Shown here piece by piece: positions 59,601 to 64,000 of a stretch of 64,000 bases of DNA (its first letter is position 1; each line of letters begins with the position of its first letter). A program made the position numbers and the translations under genes. A model generated the notes under the pieces. It had not been told where the DNA came from and made no database searches. It saw only the letters and a program-made list of their open reading frames with translations. The DNA is from Candidatus Micrarchaeota archaeon (lineage in GTDB: Archaea; Micrarchaeota; Micrarchaeia; Norongarragalinales; SBBD01), in assembly GCA_018819225.1 (NCBI GenBank), contig JAHJQN010000004.1:128001-192000 (forward strand), written 5' to 3'.

Positions 59601-62255
59601 CAGTCTCGAATACTGCTTAGCGATTTCATTTCGACCGATCACTTTACCCATTAGAACGGAATGGTCGTAATTATTCTCGGTAACGGAAACAACGCCTCCA
59701 CGAGCATCGTAAGTCGTGGTCCGAATCGGAAGGCCGTGCAAATCCGTGGAATCAAATCTCCCTCCGAATCGTTGGCCTTCAGGGAGTTCCATCGCATCGC
59801 AGTTGCCGTCCGCGTTACCGTCAAAACAAGTGTAACCCCCATCACCCGAATAATAAGTCACTTTAAGGTGCGCATCATGATTATCGGAATCCGAACACGA
59901 ACCGTACATGGGAATTAACCAGTAGGTTCCGGATGCTAAATCGTTACCGTTGTTGTTTTTCCACCTCAATTGGCAATAACCGTCGGAATCCGTCGTGCAC
60001 TGAACCCCCACATTTTGACCTGCACCAAACGCTTCAACATCAACGTTGGGAGGGCCGAAAAAGAGCGTGGGCTTGCTGGCCGGGTTTCCTCCAATGGAAA
60101 GGGGATAGTTTTCACAGTTGTATCGCGAGCGGACATAAATTTTTCCCGTGCTGGGAAAATCAATTGAAGTCGTGAAATCGTTAACGGTATAACCGTAAGG
60201 AGCGATGGGCTCTACTTCTAAAAAGTGGTCGGAAGTAACGGTCGTAACACGGGAATAACGAACCTGAGCCGGAGTATATCCGCCTCCGAATGACAAGCGG
60301 TCTTCTCCAGCAAACCGAGTTCTCGATCGCGGTTCCAAGGAAGCCACTCCGGAGGTCTCACCACCCGAGTAAACATCATCGTATCCGTCATCCTCATCCG
60401 CATCAAACGGATGGACATTATAGAAATAACGCGTGTGAAAACAATTACCTAGGCCGTCACATGTTGCCATTAGGGATACTCGGGCACCTCCACCATAATG
60501 GGCGTCGTCGCGGTTTGCGAAATTGTTTCCAAAGAGGAATTGGTCGGGGTAGAAGTTGTTGACGCGGTTGTAGCGATCCGATTCGTAAAAAATGGAGGTA
60601 TCGCCACCGGTGGGCCACGTGATTTTGGAAAGCGACCAAACCGTAGGATCTATGCGCGAGGCACCTTGCGGATTGTCGTCATAAGCAGAACAATCCGCGC
60701 AATAATAGCCCCAGCGGTCCGACTTGTATTTCTCGTAGCGCGGATTGGAATATTGGCCTGGGGCGGCATCCTGCGCGTATTCGAATATCGTGGTCTGCAG
60801 CTTCGTTCCGTCGCTCCCGTGTTCTTCGATGCGTTCGAGGGCCAGCCGGCCTTTTCCATCTTGTTGAACGTCTAGAGAGCCTACTGCCAATAAATTCGTC
60901 TCGTGAATTAAGTTAACGCTCTTAAGCTCGTTGCTGAGGTCGTTATTGGAATACAGGCGGATGGAACGCAGACGCGGAGCTTGTGCGGAAAAGTCGCTAC
61001 TGAAACCATCGAAACGCGCATCGTCGTAATCAAGGAACGCGGTATGCGTATCCGTCTCGATGCGGCTGAGAACTTTCACTTGCGTAAACAGTTCGCTTTT
61101 TGCATGCCAATTGTTGTTATCCAGAACGTTCCAAGACCCGTCGTACGGGTACTTGACTCTAAATAAGGGTTCCCACTCGTCATAGAAAAAGGAAATGTGA
61201 TTTGATCCGTCAGGGGATGTAATCGATGATAGCATCCATTCCGTATTGAAATCCTTGAGGAAACGCATCTCATAGAATTCGCTCGAGTCATGAGAATTTT
61301 CGCTGCGGGACATCAAGGCATGCGCTTCACCAAGAGGTTTGAACACCGAAACCGTTCCGCCGTTCCCGCCATATTCGTATCGAGTACCGTCGACCGTTGT
61401 AACCGTGAATGCGTTGATGGTTCCTCCGGATTTGCTCATCAGCACTTCTTCGGCAAATCGTTCCGAAGAGCCAATTTGAAGGTATCCTTTCGACTTGGAA
61501 AAAACGAAGGAATCCTCTTGTGCGTACAAGATGCGCCCTGCCACATCACTCCCCGTGACGAAAAAGATATCGGGCGTGACATTGTCCGAACCGTTGAAAT
61601 AATTGGGATTATTTGAATAAAAATAGCCGGTAGCCCCTCCTTCGTTGCCATTTCCGTTCACCACCAATTCGTCGCACGGAATAGAGCGGCCATAGGTATC
61701 CGCATGATCGGGAAGCGGATCAATATTAAGCGAAAAAACCGCGCGCCCCTTGGCCGAACTTCCCGTAATCAACATCGTCATCACAGACGGAGCAATCGAT
61801 GTGACGAATTTGTTGAAATGCACAAGCAAATACCCGAATTTGAGCCATGGATCACCACTGCACTTAATGAATTGTTCCGTTCGAACCGTATCGCCACCGG
61901 ATGGATAATACTCGTCGGGAATGCCGATGACTTGACGGCTCACGGATCCGACATCCAAACTCCAGCCGAGGCCCACGGAAGAAGCGAATTGCTCCAACGG
62001 AATACCCGCCGTGTAACGAAGCGTGACCGGAAAGTCCATTCCCCCTCGGCCGGGAACGGTCATCACATTGAGGGGAAGCGAAAAATCTCCAGTGGAGAGG
62101 TCGACGGAAGCGCTAGATGAAGCGTCTTGAAAAGAAGAAGGCACCGGAGAAGTGGGAGCAGCCGATGTACCAGTTGAAATCAATGTCAGAAAAAAGAAGC
62201 TTACCAGGAGATGAATTTCGCGCGATTTCATGAATTTATTATGTATCGTACGCAT
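56670..62255 (-). CDS. Secreted Rhs/YD-repeat shell protein (TcB/SpvB-like N-terminus), lacking Rhs core
   Basis: Signal peptide; VDLSTGDF..P.TLRY..VGLGWSL; many YD..GR repeats; dockerin-like insert; ends before core. Confidence 0.9.
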   Translation of the reverse strand: MRTIHNKFMKSREIHLLVSFFFLTLISTGTSAAPTSPVPSSFQDASSSASVDLSTGDFSLPLNVMTVPGRGGMDFPVTLRYTAGIPLEQFASSVGLGWSLDVGSVSRQVIGIPDEYYPSGGDTVRTEQFIKCSGDPWLKFGYLLVHFNKFVTSIAPSVMTMLITGSSAKGRAVFSLNIDPLPDHADTYGRSIPCDELVVNGNGNEGGATGYFYSNNPNYFNGSDNVTPDIFFVTGSDVAGRILYAQEDSFVFSKSKGYLQIGSSERFAEEVLMSKSGGTINAFTVTTVDGTRYEYGGNGGTVSVFKPLGEAHALMSRSENSHDSSEFYEMRFLKDFNTEWMLSSITSPDGSNHISFFYDEWEPLFRVKYPYDGSWNVLDNNNWHAKSELFTQVKVLSRIETDTHTAFLDYDDARFDGFSSDFSAQAPRLRSIRLYSNNDLSNELKSVNLIHETNLLAVGSLDVQQDGKGRLALERIEEHGSDGTKLQTTIFEYAQDAAPGQYSNPRYEKYKSDRWGYYCADCSAYDDNPQGASRIDPTVWSLSKITWPTGGDTSIFYESDRYNRVNNFYPDQFLFGNNFANRDDAHYGGGARVSLMATCDGLGNCFHTRYFYNVHPFDADEDDGYDDVYSGGETSGVASLEPRSRTRFAGEDRLSFGGGYTPAQVRYSRVTTVTSDHFLEVEPIAPYGYTVNDFTTSIDFPSTGKIYVRSRYNCENYPLSIGGNPASKPTLFFGPPNVDVEAFGAGQNVGVQCTTDSDGYCQLRWKNNNGNDLASGTYWLIPMYGSCSDSDNHDAHLKVTYYSGDGGYTCFDGNADGNCDAMELPEGQRFGGRFDSTDLHGLPIRTTTYDARGGVVSVTENNYDHSVLMGKVIGRNEIAKQYSRLSRTMEIESAVRGVGSKTSYDYVDDGVNGFMRSTTVEPGGFNERVVTNEYEWETNDLLADANRFSEVKSSQVTSNGQLVASSRNVYSDFSGVQRPKEFHESKTANSEVVSFTDSYDSYGNPTLQRDENGKQTLLYFGNNDQCSNGGGQWAHALITCTEDAVGLATTYKYNSKGMLERMTAPDGSRTTYNYDEFGRLRTVLKPGDSTPSTTFDYYIAGEALSGSNLNRITERERISGELWKETRSYFDGLGRLIRTEVENGNSDLISETAYDAYSRIVQSSVPHTASLPPVYWRKEFADSPEGILEADYPAGSQPSWEVVQSAVWADLSRSSGYGETGFMITSDGFYDVYCSISGAEDGDIASAQLEDLTITSSELWNNYVGRVSMHTCSYGFYAPQVTDSRRTVFLKAGHSYRASVYADGVTARIVVSNRQKNKHFQVFADSFQNNAETPGISVSSDTGGNLYMSYLDSLGRVYEERDPTGGVTWYERDSAGRPTTVFAPNGLISVNVYDLLGRATDVSSPDAGSLHHAYDDAGNEVTKTVNGGEKIFNYEYDAINRLRKVSFGGVPDRYYTFDSSASPYHKGKLFASSNKVTAHWFEYDSRAYVSRETQFFHGSCKRTDTGEVFSYGCPDINMDGLVDSSDVTEMGQTCSNTPASYAGSYYHPMLDFDRDGSVTASECTRFQSNNGKPFSSVGFRLTYTYNNAGLLEIATYPGGTQIKYLYDSLGRLDEILRKPLNGAFARLAKYAYDGYNRQSRITFGHDAWQSFDYDNRFLLESDSFYAKNGDPLWQETYAYTPGGNLDSLHRTDLGKGAAFSYDALDRLTAIWAYDGYYGFPQGMMGYSYDSVGNRMTEEDSDEPPRTYSYYSGTNRLQRAGDAGTGNGCLYSYDSQGHVISMTNCVGGSSYDRQLDYDYEGNLKRIRYANGNCEQYYYDESGNRVKKVVKTASQALATYYAFSGGNVIQTLSDVPVSGISCS

Positions 62256-62507
62256 ATTAAAATCTTGGTTAAAACGGCTTCAAACGTGTTGGAAAGTGTC
62301 CAGTGAGTAGTCACGCACTTTCATTTTATAGAATGAAGTTGAAAAGCATTTTCGGACATAAGGGTAAATCATCAAGGAGTGCACGGCGAGGACGTGTAAG
62401 CGACAAAATGGCATTCCGAAGTAAACGGAATCACCCGTTTCAGCATAACATACCGTGTTAGACGTTCGCGGACACACGCTTTTATAGATTAGATGAATAG
62501 TTTTCGC

Positions 62508-64000
62508 ATGACACGCATTCTGTTCGCAGCAGTGTTGTGGACGCTCATATTTCCAATTGTTTCAGCCGCCAGCATCAATAGCCCGATTATGCTCGAGGAA
62601 TACTTCAATCAAGGAACGCACTCCGGCACGGAAGTCGTCGCGGGCAAACTGCAGCTCGTTCAAGGCGGCGGACAATACGTAGCTAGCGGCACCTGGGTTT
62701 CACCGGCATTCGATGCAGGAGGAAGCGCGCTCTGGAATTCAATGGAAGGAAGCGCCAATTGGGAAGCGTTCGGCCTCAACCTTATCCAGAATGGGGGGTT
62801 TGAACAGCCGCTTGAAGGCTATTGGTACACCAGCGCGAATCGCGGTACCCAGGACTGCACGGACCGTTTTTCAGGCTCTTGCTCGATGAAGCTGGTTAAT
62901 CCGGCGGGAGAAGCCTCTGCAACATTCCGATCGCAAATCAATCCCAGTGGCGGACAGGAATCCGAACAGCACAACATTTTCCGCGTGCTGCCAACAGAAA
63001 CCGTACATTTTACTGCCAGGTTGAAAACAGATATTCCTTCAGGAAAACTGAGTCCGATGCTGCTGTTCATGAAGAAAACGGCCGATGGACGGTATTACGA
63101 TCAGCCCATGGTCGGCAGCTGGCGCGGAATTCCCGAAGTCTGGTTTGGCGGTAGGACCGGAGAGTTTGTACGCTTCCAAGGCGAATGGCGCATGGACGAG
63201 TACCTGCCCAACGATGGCGGGGAATACTACGGTTACCCTTACGCAGGACTGGAATGGCTTACCAATTTCGCTCCCACGAGAACATTCAAATTGGACGATA
63301 TACGGATATTCAAGGACTCCCGCATTAAGGTTGAGGCGCGTACGACGGACGCGCCGGACTGCACCGACATATCCAGCAAAACGTTTTATGGACCACGACT
63401 TCTTTACGACAACGAGATCGCTATTCCTGCTCCGGGAGCCCGATGCATCCAGTTCCGGCTCACATTCACGCGAATCGACTCGACGCATACGCCTGAATTA
63501 AACTCGCTTTCAGTAAAATTCTCCCGCGCGTATCCGTTTACTCGACCAGCCCTCGACACCGTTCCCGCGCCATTCAATTACATTACAAACAATGTGGACT
63601 CCCAAGGCCGCGTGGTTTTGGATCCATCCGATGGTGAACTACGCTACCAAATAACCGGAAAAAAAGCCAAGTTTTTCGGTACCCAAATCGACCCGATACC
63701 CGACGGATTTACCCCGGATACGTGGGGGGATTACATCTGCCATTATGCCGAAAAATACGGTTTCAACTTGATCAAGATGCTAGAGGACAGCGCCCGTTAC
63801 GGCGTGTTCATTGAATCCGAGGCCGATGTCCGGGCGGGACTGGATAAGATGGTTCCATTATTCCGTTCGTGCAGGGCGAAAGGAATTCGGATGTTTTTCC
63901 GAATGATTCCAAACGGATACCTTAACGGAAGACTGGGCAACCACTTGTGCGATGCCTACTACTGCGGCTCATTTGAATTCGTGGACGATCAGGTAACTGA
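62508..64000 (+). CDS. Secreted protein with CBM4/9-like domain and probable glycoside-hydrolase-like domain (3'-truncated; absent from ORF track)
   Basis: MTRILFAAVLWTLIFPIVSA signal; NLIQNGGFEQ..W..FSG..S.KL..LDDIRI; then GKKAKFFGT..GFNLIKM; frame open to window end. Confidence 0.75.
   Translation, partial: MTRILFAAVLWTLIFPIVSAASINSPIMLEEYFNQGTHSGTEVVAGKLQLVQGGGQYVASGTWVSPAFDAGGSALWNSMEGSANWEAFGLNLIQNGGFEQPLEGYWYTSANRGTQDCTDRFSGSCSMKLVNPAGEASATFRSQINPSGGQESEQHNIFRVLPTETVHFTARLKTDIPSGKLSPMLLFMKKTADGRYYDQPMVGSWRGIPEVWFGGRTGEFVRFQGEWRMDEYLPNDGGEYYGYPYAGLEWLTNFAPTRTFKLDDIRIFKDSRIKVEARTTDAPDCTDISSKTFYGPRLLYDNEIAIPAPGARCIQFRLTFTRIDSTHTPELNSLSVKFSRAYPFTRPALDTVPAPFNYITNNVDSQGRVVLDPSDGELRYQITGKKAKFFGTQIDPIPDGFTPDTWGDYICHYAEKYGFNLIKMLEDSARYGVFIESEADVRAGLDKMVPLFRSCRAKGIRMFFRMIPNGYLNGRLGNHLCDAYYCGSFEFVDDQVT

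Noticed and set aside
1-64000. CRISPR arrays, tRNA/rRNA genes, transposases/integrases and the many short antisense ORFs
   Set aside because: No spaced direct repeats, cloverleaf or recombinase motifs were seen by eye; antisense and nested ORFs overlap well-supported genes

Overview
This is a gene-dense archaeal window. Archaeal EF-2, archaeal-type AlaRS, geranylgeranyl reductase, presenilin homolog, NucS, PolB2, TATA-like boxes about 25 nt before start codons and GGTGA Shine-Dalgarno sites support that. The content and many Arg/Lys-rich orphans suggest a DPANN (possibly Micrarchaeota-like) lineage, which is my inference. In order, the window holds: housekeeping genes (1-10 kb); envelope, redox and secreted proteins plus orphans (10-23 kb); a minimal two-subunit group 3-like [NiFe]-hydrogenase module with HypC, DUF6390, EamA and a short maturation protease (23.5-27.6 kb); stress genes (NucS, DJ-1, VOC, FTR1, FMN reductase, DpsL); a small protein/RadA-like/PolB2 cassette (32.4-35.4 kb); a copper/heavy-metal island of about 10 kb with CopA/CopZ, a PadR-TRASH regulator, a BlaI plus BlaR-like peptidase pair with visible operator boxes and several Cys/His/Met-rich proteins, two of them missed micro-proteins (40-50 kb); and a surface-protein cluster (50-64 kb). 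The standout is an apparently split Rhs toxin system: a Sec-secreted 1861-aa YD-repeat shell that lacks the Rhs core, followed by a separate membrane-anchored gene carrying the Rhs core, the DPxG site and an HExxH C-terminal domain. I recognised no rRNA, tRNA, CRISPR array or transposase. All family assignments are from motif recognition by eye; no searches were run.
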